The translations under genes and the position numbers were made by a program. The notes under the pieces were generated by a model. That model worked only from the letters and a program-made list of their open reading frames with translations, was not told the DNA's origin and searched no databases. Of a DNA stretch of 64,000 bases, positions 35,499 through 46,296 are shown piece by piece. The DNA is taken from NCBI GenBank assembly GCA_963706955.1, contig CAVPOC010000006.1:224001-288000 (forward strand), read 5' to 3'. The number at the start of each line of letters is the position of its first letter. The stretch's first letter is position 1. The stretch comes from an uncultured Verrucomicrobiae bacterium. GTDB taxonomy: Bacteria > Verrucomicrobiota > Verrucomicrobiia > Chthoniobacterales > Terrimicrobiaceae.

Positions 35499-35786
35499 TC
35501 ATTCAACGACTTTTGGCACGAGCACCAGATTGTTGCCGGCGCGTGGCGCGAGGCTAAGCACAGCTTCCCGAGCGAGGCTGGTTTGGGGAAGGTCGTGTCG
35601 CGTTACATTAAAGATTGGATAAGTGTGCGCAGTTGGCTCAACCCCGGTGACGTCAACTTTCTTGAGATGCTCAATATGCTCAAGCACGCGGTCCAATTGC
35701 CCTTGGAAAGTGCTTACTTCCTCGTCCCTCAGGGCAATTCGGGCGAGTCGGGCAACGTGGCGGACATCAAGATCGCGGCTGGACAT
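35499..35786 (-). CDS. gatC: Asp/Glu-tRNA amidotransferase subunit C
   Basis: VRHVARLARI...VDVTGVEPT...VPKVVE; upstream of gatA. Confidence 0.95.
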   Translation of the reverse strand: MSSRDLDVRHVARLARIALRDEEVSTFQGQLDRVLEHIEHLKKVDVTGVEPTAHTYPIFNVTRHDLPQTSLAREAVLSLAPRAGNNLVLVPKVVE

Positions 35787-35859
35787 GCTAAGAATCGGCG
35801 ATGATTTTGATCGTTTGGCTATGGGTCAGGAGGCGAAGGCCCCCCTTCCGCGCGAGTAT

Positions 35860-36984
35860 TCATACGATTCGGTGCGTAGTGACAGGGTCAAAGAGGTGCG
35901 CTGCGTCCGCGCGGATCTGGAAGGTGAGCTGTCGTCCAACGTCGCTTTGCTGCGCGCTTGCCGGGCTTCGGCTGACTACAGAATGGGCGCCGGTCTGTAG
36001 GTGGAAATAGGTCTCCGGGCCCATCGGCTCGACGATGTCGACTCTTGCCTGAAAGCAATTGTCACTCTCGACTGCGGTCGCCCCTGCCGGAACCAAATCG
36101 CAGCTCTCTGGCCGAAAACCTAAGATAACATCCTTGTCGGTATATGCCGCTGCCGACGAGCGGCTATCCAACCGGACCTCGATGGCGCCACCGCGCGCCT
36201 CCTTAAACGAGACAGCGCCGTTCGATGCTTCTAGCTTTCCGCTGAGGAGATTCATTGGCGGACTGCCAAGAAAACCGGCAACGAAAAGATTGGCAGGCTC
36301 ATTGTAAATACTTAGCGGACTATCGACCTGTTGAATGACGCCATCTTTCATGACCACGATCCTCGTGCCCATGGTCATGGCTTCGATCTGGTCATGCGTG
36401 ACGTAGATCATCGTGGCCTGAAGACGTTGATGAAGCTTGGTTATCTCGGTGCGCATCTGGACGCGCATCTTCGCATCTAGATTGGAGAGCGGTTCATCGA
36501 AGAGAAATACTTTGGGCTGTCGCACAATCGCCCGGCCGACCGCGACACGCTGGCGCTGCCCTCCCGACAAGGCTTTCGGCCGGCGATTTAGAAATTGTTC
36601 GATGCCGAGAACGCCCGCGGCTTCGAGCACGCGCTTTTTGATCTCGGCTTTGGGATACTTTCGGAGCTCGAGACCGAAGGCCATATTGTCGTAAACGCTC
36701 ATGTGCGGATAAAGCGCGTAGTTTTGAAAGACCATGGCAATGTCGCGATCCTTCGGGGGAATATCGTTAACCTTGTTGCCGTCAATGAGAACCTCTCCCT
36801 TGGAAATTTCTTCGAGACCCGCGATCATTCGCAGGGTTGTCGACTTGCCGCAGCCCGAGGGCCCCACAAATACCACAAACTCCCGGTCGGTAATCTCAAG
36901 GTTGAAGTCCTCCACCGCAGTGACTTCCTTGCCCCGCTCACCGGGATACGTTTTGTAAACATTTTTCAGGGTTACTTTGGCCAT
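35860..36984 (-). CDS. Sugar ABC transporter ATPase (MalK/MsmK/UgpC type)
   Basis: [37 protein letters not shown] and a TOBE-like tail. Confidence 0.95.
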   Translation of the reverse strand: MAKVTLKNVYKTYPGERGKEVTAVEDFNLEITDREFVVFVGPSGCGKSTTLRMIAGLEEISKGEVLIDGNKVNDIPPKDRDIAMVFQNYALYPHMSVYDNMAFGLELRKYPKAEIKKRVLEAAGVLGIEQFLNRRPKALSGGQRQRVAVGRAIVRQPKVFLFDEPLSNLDAKMRVQMRTEITKLHQRLQATMIYVTHDQIEAMTMGTRIVVMKDGVIQQVDSPLSIYNEPANLFVAGFLGSPPMNLLSGKLEASNGAVSFKEARGGAIEVRLDSRSSAAAYTDKDVILGFRPESCDLVPAGATAVESDNCFQARVDIVEPMGPETYFHLQTGAHSVVSRSPASAQQSDVGRQLTFQIRADAAHLFDPVTTHRIV

Positions 36985-37056
36985 TCCGCATTTCCGCTCC
37001 GCCGCGGGATTCTCTCCTACCGGTCGCGATTTCGAGTCGAGCGGGCAAGCTAATGG

Positions 37057-38166
37057 GTGTTGGCTTTGAGGTCAACCGCCGAGCGCCCGAGGCCATTCGG
37101 TCGTCTCGCTCAACACGGTACGAAAGTTGCTCCGGAGCTTGGAATGCTATCGGATCGGTGTGCGGCGGTGAACCGGGCCGGTCATCTGGCGCTTGTTTTC
37201 TCATCTTTAAAGGCGCTCGGGCTGACCGATCGCCATCTTTTCAGTGACGTCATGCGTGGCGTGCTGTTGGCGAATTCGCGTTTGCTTGGGGTGTGGACAG
37301 TTTGGGAGCCGAATGCACTGGACGGCCGCGACCGGTTATACGCCGGCACACCCGGCCATGACATGAGCGGACGGTTTGTTCCCTTTTGGCATCGCTCCGG
37401 CGGGCAAGTTCGACTTGAGGCAAGCATTGATTATGACAAGCCGGAATCCGAATGGTATTTCGCACCTACACGGCGAAGAGCGGAAGTCGTCATCGATCCA
37501 TACGAATACTCTGTCGCGGGAAAACCCCTGTTCATTTCAAGCAGTGCAGCTCCAATTGTTCATCGAGGCAAGTGCGCGGGAGTGGTCGGATTTGACATCG
37601 ACATGAAGTGGCTGTTCGAGGCTGCGGACGAGCCGGGCCTTTTCGAATCGATCGAAAGCGTTCTTGGCCGAGGCCATATTCTCCTGAACGAAAACGGAGA
37701 GGTGCGATACTGGAGTGAATCAACGAGGCGTTTGGTCTCTCGCTACATGAAGAGCAAGGTGAAGTCGGTTCGCCGGTTGCCGAGACCTCTTCATAATCTC
37801 GTGATCGAGCGACTGCGTGGACAGTCGATCGCGCAGAATCGGAAATTTCCGCCGCAATGGAGCTTCGTTAGTGGAGTCCGTAAGCTAACGGTGCGCTTTG
37901 GGCGCCGCCCACATGCGGGCTGTTATCTGTTGCTTGTCGACGAAGAGACTGAGGACAAGCGTTCATCTTTCGAGGATCATCTCAGCCCGCGCGAGCAACA
38001 AGTCGGCGAATGGGTTGGCGAGGGCAAATCGAACGAAGAGATCGCTATCATCCTTGGGATCAGCGCTCACACAGTGAAAAACCACCTCGACAAGATCTTC
38101 CGGAAGTTGGGAGTGGAAAACAGGTGTGCTGCTGCTGTGGCCATTCAGAGGCGGCATGCAAATTAG
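37057..38166 (+). CDS. LuxR-family regulator with N-terminal Cache-like sensor domain
   Basis: WEPNALDG.D...GRFVPFW...WYFAP...IDPY...GVVGFDI (chemoreceptor dCache-like) plus C-terminal LSPRE...[25 protein letters not shown]. Confidence 0.88.
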   Translation: MLALRSTAERPRPFGRLAQHGTKVAPELGMLSDRCAAVNRAGHLALVFSSLKALGLTDRHLFSDVMRGVLLANSRLLGVWTVWEPNALDGRDRLYAGTPGHDMSGRFVPFWHRSGGQVRLEASIDYDKPESEWYFAPTRRRAEVVIDPYEYSVAGKPLFISSSAAPIVHRGKCAGVVGFDIDMKWLFEAADEPGLFESIESVLGRGHILLNENGEVRYWSESTRRLVSRYMKSKVKSVRRLPRPLHNLVIERLRGQSIAQNRKFPPQWSFVSGVRKLTVRFGRRPHAGCYLLLVDEETEDKRSSFEDHLSPREQQVGEWVGEGKSNEEIAIILGISAHTVKNHLDKIFRKLGVENRCAAAVAIQRRHAN

Positions 38167-38366
38167 GAAATCCTTCCTATTGCGGGGAACACGCTATTCC
38201 TGCGAAATTCTCCGTTCATGGAGGCCTCGCATGATCCCCGTGCGGAGTTCAACCGGGGACTTTCGGCCATCGGGTTGAATCGCGGGAGTTCGATGCGAAC
38301 GACCTCGATGACTCGTCGGACGGTGCTGCGGCTGCGACTACGATTCGCTAGCTACGGCAGGATTTT

Positions 38367-39071
38367 ATGAGGAACAAAAGGGTTTTGTTTATTCAGCACA
38401 GCGAGGTCGACCGACCTGGTCTTCTTGGCGAAACGCTGGCCGAAATTGGTCTTCCCCTCGATGTCATTCGACCGGATCTCGGTCAACCAGTTCCCCAAGC
38501 ACTCGATAGCTTTGCGGGCTTGGTGATGGGCGGGGGTCCGCAGGGCGCATACGAGCAGGAAAGGTTTCCCTACCTCTCAAATGAATGCGCTCTTGTCCGC
38601 CACGCCGCCCGGGTTGGAAAACCAGTCCTCGGCTTATGTTTAGGAGCTCAACTCATGGCTTTCGCTCTGGGAGCACGAGTGCAACCCGGTAAGCCCGAAG
38701 TGGGTTTTTTTGAGGTCACGCTTGATCCAATCTCGCGCTACGATCCGCTTTGGCGAGGAATTCCGGCGAAGTTTATCGCCACACATTGGCACGGGGACGC
38801 TTTTGATATTCCACCCGGCGGTATGCGTCTCGGGTCTTCCGTCCTCACCCCGAACCAGCTTTTCCGTTACGGCCACGCACTTTACGGGCTGCAATTCCAT
38901 TTGGAAATGACCTCCGACCTTTTAGGAGTGGCGATAACGAGAGCCTGTGGAATGCTCCTGCAATCCGGCATCGACGCCGATCTCATCACGCGACAGGGTC
39001 AGGAGTGCCTGCCCTTGCTGCGCGACACCGCCTCGACCGTTTTCACTCGTTGGTCGGAGATGCTTTGCTGA
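38367..39071 (+). CDS. Class I glutamine amidotransferase-like protein
   Basis: MGGP, GLCLGAQL (nucleophilic Cys), HWHGD and QFHLE (His-Glu). Confidence 0.92.
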   Translation: MRNKRVLFIQHSEVDRPGLLGETLAEIGLPLDVIRPDLGQPVPQALDSFAGLVMGGGPQGAYEQERFPYLSNECALVRHAARVGKPVLGLCLGAQLMAFALGARVQPGKPEVGFFEVTLDPISRYDPLWRGIPAKFIATHWHGDAFDIPPGGMRLGSSVLTPNQLFRYGHALYGLQFHLEMTSDLLGVAITRACGMLLQSGIDADLITRQGQECLPLLRDTASTVFTRWSEMLC

Positions 39072-39135
39072 GCGGGTGCGCTGGGGTACGCGTCCTCTCT
39101 GCCGACTCGTCAACTCCTGCGCCTGTCGCAAATCA

Positions 39136-39241
39136 TGCACCCTTCAGGGTGTATTGCCTTTTTGAGCACAGTCGCGCTGGCCGAGCAACACCTTAGCAGG
39201 TTGAAGAAGCCGGCTGCTGATTCGATGGCATGGCAAATGCT
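39136..39241 (+). promoter_or_regulatory. Candidate sigma54 (-24/-12) promoter with upstream NtrC-like palindrome
   Basis: TGGCATGGCAAATGCT at 39226-39241 fits GG-N10-GC. Palindrome TGCACCCTTCAGGGTGTA at 39136-39153 is one base longer than the TGCAC-N7-GTGCA consensus. Confidence 0.6.
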
Positions 39242-39290
39242 TACTGTTTCCTATTCCGGTTAAGCAATCCTCATCCTCTCGCTTCCGCTT

Positions 39291-40274
39291 ATGAATTTGT
39301 TAAAGAAAGCCCTTTCTGTCCTGCTGGCCGGCATTGCTCTGGTCTCATTTTCGTCGAGTTCGGCGGCCGCGGAACCGTTGAAAATCGGCTATAGTGATTG
39401 GCCCGGTTTTACCATCTTGGAGGTCGCCAATCAAAAGGAATGGTTTCAGGAGGCCGGCGTAGATGTGGATCTCGTTTGGTTTGACTACCTGCCTTCGCTT
39501 GATGCCTTTGCAGCGGGCAAAGTCGATGCGGTGACAGTTGTCGCGACCGACGCCCTCGTCAATGGTGCGAACGGCGCCAAGAGCAAGATCATCGCACTTC
39601 TGGATTATAGCGATGGCAGCGACATGATCATTGGCAAGCCGGGGATCGAATCGATCAAGGATTTGAAAGGTCAGAAGGTCGGAATAGAGGCGACTCTGGT
39701 CGAACACCTGCTCCTGCTGGAAGCACTTAAGCAAAATGACATGTCCCAATCGGACGTCGAGATCGTTAATACCGCGACCAATGAAACTCCGCAAACGCTC
39801 GCCTCGGGGAAGGTAGCTGCGGTAGGCGCTTGGTACCCGGTTTCCAGCCAAGCCCTCAAGCAGGTTCCGGGATCAAAGAAGCTTTTTACCAGCGCCGACG
39901 CCAAGGGCCTTATCTATGATGTGCTCGCCGTCAACCCCGTAAGCTTTGCCCAGCGCAAGGACGATTGGATCAAGGTAGTTCAGATATTTTACAAGTGCGT
40001 TGACTATATCAACGATCCGGCCACACGCCGGGACGCCATCAAGATCATGGCAGCAAAGGCAGGCGCTGATCCGGACGAATACGAAAAGAATGTCCCTGGC
40101 ACCCATTTTCTCTCTCTCGCTGAAGCGAAGGCAGCTTTTAAGAAGGGCGACGGCTTCGATTCCATCTACGGATCCATGGCGATTGGCAATCAATTCAACC
40201 TGGAAAATAAAGTCTACACGGAGTCACAGAATCCTTCGAGTTACCTCGTGCCGAGTATCGTCCAAGGCCTCTAA
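39291..40274 (+). CDS. ABC transporter substrate-binding protein (NitT/TauT/SsuA class)
   Basis: Signal peptide; IGYSDWPG, DYSDGSD and SIKDLKGQKVG motifs. Confidence 0.9.
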   Translation: MNLLKKALSVLLAGIALVSFSSSSAAAEPLKIGYSDWPGFTILEVANQKEWFQEAGVDVDLVWFDYLPSLDAFAAGKVDAVTVVATDALVNGANGAKSKIIALLDYSDGSDMIIGKPGIESIKDLKGQKVGIEATLVEHLLLLEALKQNDMSQSDVEIVNTATNETPQTLASGKVAAVGAWYPVSSQALKQVPGSKKLFTSADAKGLIYDVLAVNPVSFAQRKDDWIKVVQIFYKCVDYINDPATRRDAIKIMAAKAGADPDEYEKNVPGTHFLSLAEAKAAFKKGDGFDSIYGSMAIGNQFNLENKVYTESQNPSSYLVPSIVQGL

Positions 40275-40295
40275 GGCGAACGCGAGCCCAACAGC

Positions 40296-41408
40296 GTGGC
40301 GCATCGAGATTGGCTCGGGCTGAAAGGCGAATTGCCAGAACGGCTGCGACTGGCATTGACCATTCTGTCGTTTGTTGTCCCTCTGGTAGTTTGGTCTTTA
40401 GTCAGCTACCTGCCGTTTCTTTGGCACCCCTTGACCCGCGTCACGGATCCGGGCGGCGTCGAATATTTCGTCGAGGGAATCGAGGTCCCGAACGCGGAAT
40501 TTGCCAAGCAACTCGAGAAGATGGCTGCCGAGCAGGGGGATCTCCCCAAAGGAGTGCGGGTGAATCCGGTATACCTGCCAGCCCCCCACGAGGTATTGCG
40601 GGCGTTCTTCACTGCGTTCACCACGCCGCCGCGCCTTCCCAACGAACCCTGGCTTCATGAAAGCTTAGGACACAGTATTCGGACGATATTTCTTGGTTTT
40701 CTGATTTCCTCGCTGTTGGGCGTGCCCTTGGGAATTCTCTGTGGAACTTACCGCTTCTTCGCTGGTCTCCAGGAACCGTTCATTGAATTTTTCCGCTATT
40801 TGCCCGCACCCGCGTTTGGCGCCCTCTGTGTGGCCATTCTCGGAATCGACGACGGTCCCAAGATCGCCATTATTGTCATCGGAACGTTTTTCCAGCAGGT
40901 GCTGGTGATTGGCAACACGGTGCGCAAGGTTGATCCCGCGCTCGTCGAGGCCGCACAGACCCTTGGGGCTCGTGGCTTACGCCTGGTTCGGCGCGTGATC
41001 ATTCCTGCATCCATTACCGACATCTACACGGACATGCGGATTCTGCTCGGCTGGGCGTGGACATATCTCATCGTTGCAGAAGTCGTCGGCACGATGTCGG
41101 GAATCACCTTTTTTATTAACCAGCAGGCTCGCTACCGGAACTTCGACAATGTCTACGCAGCGATCATGATGATTGGAATCATCGGCCTGACCACCGACAC
41201 GCTTCTTGCCTGGTTTGGGAAGGTTCTCTTTCCTTGGAAGCGCAGCGGCCGCGGAGTAAGACAAGTATCACTTCCGGCGTCCACCGACAAAGAAGCCGCA
41301 GTTGCAGGATCGCCCGACCAAAGTCCCAGATCTCCGCTACTCGGCAACTTCGACAAGTTCGAGCTGACGGGTGCGCGTAAGGCCGGCGCCACTCCCCTGC
41401 AACCCTGA
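40296..41408 (+). CDS. ABC transporter permease (NitT/TauT class)
   Basis: LPAP.EV, EFFRYLPAPAF, EAA loop EAAQTLGA and WTYLIVAE motifs. Confidence 0.92.
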   Translation: MAHRDWLGLKGELPERLRLALTILSFVVPLVVWSLVSYLPFLWHPLTRVTDPGGVEYFVEGIEVPNAEFAKQLEKMAAEQGDLPKGVRVNPVYLPAPHEVLRAFFTAFTTPPRLPNEPWLHESLGHSIRTIFLGFLISSLLGVPLGILCGTYRFFAGLQEPFIEFFRYLPAPAFGALCVAILGIDDGPKIAIIVIGTFFQQVLVIGNTVRKVDPALVEAAQTLGARGLRLVRRVIIPASITDIYTDMRILLGWAWTYLIVAEVVGTMSGITFFINQQARYRNFDNVYAAIMMIGIIGLTTDTLLAWFGKVLFPWKRSGRGVRQVSLPASTDKEAAVAGSPDQSPRSPLLGNFDKFELTGARKAGATPLQP

Positions 41409-41411
41409 CCT

Positions 41412-42315
41412 ATGCTCGCATCCCTCGACTTACCCGACTATCGGAGGCAGGACCCTGAGGTCGCCGCCCGTTTTCGGCGCATCAGGGAACGCCCGATTGT
41501 GCTCGCTGTTCAAGATCTCCGAAAAGCTTTCGGTGACGCGAGGCATCAGCACGTTGTCTTTGAAGACGTTTCTCTTGAAGTTCACAGGCGGGAATTCGTT
41601 TGCATCATTGGTGCTTCAGGATGCGGCAAATCCACCTTAATTCGCATTGTCGCAGGGCTCGATGAGGCTAGCGGAGGGGAAATGCTTCTCGACGGCAAGC
41701 CGGTCTCGGGGCCAGGTCCGGACCGCGGAATGGTGTTTCAGAGTTATACGTTGTTTCCGTGGCGGACGGTGAAGCAGAACGTGATGTTCGGTCTCGAGAT
41801 GCGCGGCAAGAGCTCGGCGGAAGCGGAGAGCACCGCCCGCGAATGGCTCGACATGGTTGGCTTGAGCCCCTTCGAAGAAGCATATCCGCATGAACTGTCC
41901 GGTGGCATGAAGCAGCGCGTAGCCATCGCGCGCGCCCTGGCTAATGAACCTCGAATTCTAATAATGGACGAGCCATTCGCCGCCCTGGACGCGCTCGCTC
42001 GGGCAAAGATGCAGGCTTATCTGCTCCAGATCTGGAAGAAAGTAGATGTCACCATTCTCTTTATCACACATGACCTAGAGGAGGCTGTCTATCTTGTCCG
42101 ACCGCATTCTTGTGTTGGGAGGATGCCCAGGTGGAATTCGCGAGTTCATCGAAAATCCGGTCCCGCGTCCAAGAACACCGCAGCAGTTTCTCACTCCAGA
42201 ATTTCTGGCCGTGAAGCACCGCCTCGACGAATTGATCCACGACCCACGCGAAACTTCCGACGAGGATCGTCTTCCGGTCATAAAGATGACCATGTCCGGC
42301 GACGAAGTCGAATGA
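41412..42315 (+). CDS. ABC transporter ATPase (frameshift near 42095)
   Basis: GASGCGKST, LSGGMKQR, DEPF and ITHD; tail SDRILVL... continues in ORF 42094..42315. Confidence 0.92.
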
Positions 42316-42400
42316 GCCGAGTTTCGGCGGTGAGCGGTACCTTGGCCGGAACCTCGAATGCTGCCTGATGCCAGCCAGTCGTAGCAGTCGATAGCGGGAG

Positions 42401-43726
42401 ATGAGCTCGTTGCGAGAAAAGATCCTGGATACCTTCAGACGGATCCGAGAACGCGGCGAGGATGGAGTGTGGATCTCGCTTCTGACGGTTGAAGAGGCGA
42501 TCAGGCACGCTGAACGCGTCGAGAGCGATTCACGTGAACTTCCGTTCAGAGGTCGAACCTTTGCCATTAAAGATAACATTGATCTCGCGGGCTTGCCGAC
42601 GACGGCGGCTTGTCCCGCATTTTCCTATATGCCGGAACGGAGCGCGACGGTCGTCCAACGACTGATCGATGCCGGGGCCGTCCCGATCGGAAAGACCAAC
42701 CTCGATCAGTTCGCCACAGGCTTAAATGGCACTCGGTCGCCCTACGGTTTTCCACGCAACTTTTACGACTCTGCTTACATAAGCGGCGGATCAAGTTCAG
42801 GTTCCGCGATCGCAGTTGCGGCGGGTTTGGTCGATTTCGCCTTGGGAACCGACACCGCGGGTTCGGGACGTATTCCAGCGGCGTTCAACAATCTTGTCGG
42901 ATTCAAGCCGACTCGCGGGAGTTGGTCAGCAGACGGTCTTGTTCCTGCTTGCCGCACTCTCGATTGCATAACCGTGCTTGCACGAACTCTGCAGGAAGCA
43001 AGTCAGGTCGATCAAGTGGTGAGGGACTTCGATCCGAATGATCCCTACTCGCGAATGCCGACTGATTTTAAACCGCCAGAACTATTTCGGATTGGCGTAT
43101 TGCCGCCCGAGGAGCGGGAGTTCTTCGGAGATGAGGAATATGCGGCGCTTTATGACAGTGCGGTGGAGCGAGCGGCTTCCTTAGGGTGGGCCATCCATGA
43201 ATTTGACTATCGCCCGTTCCGTGACGCGGCGGACCTGCTCTACCAAGGACCTTGGGTGGCCGAGCGATACTCCGCCGCGAAATCGATCGTCGAAACCAAT
43301 CCGCATGCTCTTCACCCGGTCGTCCGCTCGATCATGTTGGCAGCGAGGAAATTTACGGCGGTCGATGCCTTCGAGGCCCAGTATCGGCTTGCAGGACTGG
43401 CGCGCGAATCCGAGAAGACGTGGCAATCGATAGATGCGCTTCTGCTGCCTTCCGCGGGAACAATCTATACAGTCGAACAAATGTTGGCCGCTCCGATCGA
43501 GCTTAATTCAAACTTGGGCAGATACACCAATTTCATGAACCTCCTGGACCTTTGCGGTATCGCAATTCCCGCGGGTTTTCGGTCTGACCGAATCCCTTTC
43601 GGGGTGACATTATTCACCAAGGCCTGGGCTGATCCTCTTCTCTTCGAGCTGGCGCATGAGTTTGAAAACGGCAACAGCGCGACGTCTCCTAACGCAGCTT
43701 CAAACGAGTCGCGCTTCACCAAATGA
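42401..43726 (+). CDS. atzF: Allophanate hydrolase, amidase (N) domain only
   Basis: FAIKDNID, GKTNLDQFATGLNGTRSPYG, GGSSSGS, GTDTAGSGR.PA, LY.GPWVAER and NS.LG.YTNF.NLLD; ends at the domain boundary (441 aa). Confidence 0.9.
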   Translation: MSSLREKILDTFRRIRERGEDGVWISLLTVEEAIRHAERVESDSRELPFRGRTFAIKDNIDLAGLPTTAACPAFSYMPERSATVVQRLIDAGAVPIGKTNLDQFATGLNGTRSPYGFPRNFYDSAYISGGSSSGSAIAVAAGLVDFALGTDTAGSGRIPAAFNNLVGFKPTRGSWSADGLVPACRTLDCITVLARTLQEASQVDQVVRDFDPNDPYSRMPTDFKPPELFRIGVLPPEEREFFGDEEYAALYDSAVERAASLGWAIHEFDYRPFRDAADLLYQGPWVAERYSAAKSIVETNPHALHPVVRSIMLAARKFTAVDAFEAQYRLAGLARESEKTWQSIDALLLPSAGTIYTVEQMLAAPIELNSNLGRYTNFMNLLDLCGIAIPAGFRSDRIPFGVTLFTKAWADPLLFELAHEFENGNSATSPNAASNESRFTK

Positions 43727-43987
43727 GATAACGGCAGCTGCACTTACGAGCTCCGCCACCGCCGCTGAGGCTGGAGGATAGCGAACCGCTTTCCTTGCCA
43801 CCCCAGAGCTTTGATCGCTCCAAAGAGCAATCCGCGTTCCAAACGTCGCAACAAGCGTTACTTGTGAAGGATTTTCCCGCACCCCGGGCAAGATCCAACG
43901 AACCTTCAAATTCGAGGAACAAATCGGCAGTGTTCTCGGCGAATCCAGCTTCGTGGGGCAGGATTATCTTGCCGGAGCTGACAAAAA

Positions 43988-45465
43988 TCACTTTGGGAAA
44001 TCAATTGCCAGAAACGAGAAATCGTCAGCGAGCGTGTCGGATCCGTGGACGGAACGCACCCAAGCCAGAACCTCTTGCGGAATGTTCACGACTGCGTCCA
44101 TTCCTCAGCAGGTAGGGGACAAAATCTCTTTCAAAATCGAGTCGGGTTCCATCGGGCCGTCCGATTTCATAGGCTCCGTCACAAAAGACAAAGAGGCGCG
44201 AGTTTTCAGGAACTAGGCTTGTGGCGCTCTGATAACAGACACTTGGCATAGCTCCGACAAGCATGCCCGGGCAACGAAGTTCCTCGAGCACGTCGGCTCC
44301 GCTGGCGTCGGATTTGAGGAGGCGTGCCCCGGGATGGCCGCCGGAGGCATGTCGGATCGACCGTCCGGCTAAATCGTAAACTCCGTACCAGATCGTGAAA
44401 AACATGTTGTTGTGGTTCTCCATTTGAAAGTCCTCATTTAAACTGGAGAGCACCTGCCCAGGATCGAGAAAGTCGGTATTTCGAAGTCCCGCGGAGCGAA
44501 TCACATTTATGGCGGCAACAGAGAGCAGCGCGGCTCCCACGCCATGTCCGCAGACATCCAAGAAGGTAAATTGCCAGGTGGTTTTCGTCGATCCAGTGAT
44601 AGCCGAAAGAATCCCCGCCCAATTCGGTGGAGGGTTCGTATGACCCAGGAGATTTTCAACGGCTCTGGCATCGGCGGAGGAAGGGTGGAGACAACGTAGC
44701 GGGCCGCTTCCTGAAGCTCATTCGCAAGGCGCTTTTGGGTTTCCTCAATCCGATGCAAATGACTTCGCTCCTGATCCCGCAGAAATTTTTTCTCGAGACT
44801 TGCCTCGATCCGAGCGCGAAGAAGCGTCGGGTCAAACGGCTTTGGAAGAAAATCTTCGGCTCCGGCTTCAATGCAGCGCACGACAGTTTCGATTTCGTCG
44901 ACCGCCGATATCATGATGACTGGCAGATGCCGCAGCTGTGGATCGGCCTTCATGCGTTCCAGGACAAGGTAGCCCTCCATCTCTGGCATGGCCACGTCAA
45001 GCAAGACGAGATCGAACGCCTCTCGCGAGAGCATCGTGATAGCACGTTGGCCGTCTTCAGCCTGGGAGGTGCTGTGCCCTTGGCGCTCCAGATGTTTGAC
45101 GAGAACGTCCCGGTTCTCCGGTTGATCATCCACGACGAGGATGCGCCCGGCGATTCCCGATCGTCGCTCAATCGGAAAAGCGTCGTCGGGCTGCCGTGAA
45201 GTTATTCATTGCCAGTGGAAAGGCTGGTTTCTGCCGCCGACGCGATGCTGTCTAGGTTTCCAAAATGCTCATCACTAAGTCCCGTTTCGATGACCGCGAG
45301 TAGTTGGCGCCCCGCCGCCGCGATCTTGTCCAAATCGTCCAATCCATTCACCTGACTTCTGGCCAGGTCCTCTCTGAGGAGATCGCAATAGCCGAGGATC
45401 GCGTTTATCGGTGTGCGCAAATCATGGCGCAACTTCGCCAAGATCCTCGTTCGTTCCGATGGCAC
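43988..45465 (-). CDS. HisKA-like + REC + PP2C/SpoIIE phosphatase (several frameshifts)
   Basis: RHDLRTPINAILGY; REC (VVDD...DLVLLDVAMP...KPF); PP2C GGDSFGY, DVCGHGVGAAL, FFTIWYG, CDG and final DDFSFLAIDFPK-stop at 43988. Confidence 0.8.
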
Positions 45466-45467
45466 GG

Positions 45468-45857
45468 TCAGCGAGGGCGGGTGGTCTTGCCTGCGTGCTC
45501 GAGTTGCAGCGCAATCTTCTCGAGCAAACGTTCGAACTCAATTGGTTTCGTATCGTAGTCATCGCAGCCGACGGCGAGTGCCTGCTCTTTATCGCCCGAC
45601 ATCGCATGGGCGGTTAAGGCAATAATCGGGATCGCCGCCGTTGAGACCGAAGACTTTATTTGCCGGGTCGCTTCCCATCCGTCGAGAGTTGGGAGGCTCA
45701 GATCCATGAGAATCAAATCCGGACAACTCGATTTGGCAAGAGCGAGGCCTTCCTGGCCGTTGGTTGCTAGAACAACTTCGTAACCGCGACGGATTAGCCG
45801 GCGCGAAAGCATGTCGCGATTCATCTCGTTATCTTCGACCAGGAGAATTTTCGGCAT
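45468..45857 (-). CDS. Single-domain response regulator (DivK-like)
   Basis: LLVEDN, DLILMDLSLP.LDGW, IALTAHAM and DTKP motifs. Confidence 0.95.
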   Translation of the reverse strand: MPKILLVEDNEMNRDMLSRRLIRRGYEVVLATNGQEGLALAKSSCPDLILMDLSLPTLDGWEATRQIKSSVSTAAIPIIALTAHAMSGDKEQALAVGCDDYDTKPIEFERLLEKIALQLEHAGKTTRPR

Positions 45858-46296
45858 TCGAACTTAATAGCTCCTCTCGGAGGCTAGTTGAACTGAGTAG
45901 ACATCAACTCGCGTCACTTGTCGAGGAGGGTTGTGATCTCGGCCATAGGCTTTGACGGCTGAGGGCCGACTTTGTCAACATCTCTTCAGGCTGCACGCGA
46001 GCCACTGCCGTCCTGACCAGCAAGATCCTGCGCCGTAATCATCACAACCGGAATTGTAGCAGAGCGCACAACACCGCAAGAAAACAGGTATGAACAGGAA
46101 AGCATCGGCTACGAATTCGCGAAGCCGCCTCGTATCACTCGGCTTTGATTCTTTAACATCCAGCGTCGCTCCGGCGAGTTTAGTCCGAGCCATGTCAAGA
46201 TCAGCTTTCCGATTTTCAATAACGATGTTGCGACCGCCCGTGAAGGTCCGGCTGGGTGAGGATTTCCGCATTAGCTTAATGTCGGTGATGCAGAGA

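Noticed and set aside
38167..38366. Guanidine riboswitch (ykkC classes) upstream of the GATase/ABC/atzF genes
   Set aside because: Could not find the class I, II or III consensus elements by eye; an Infernal search would settle it.
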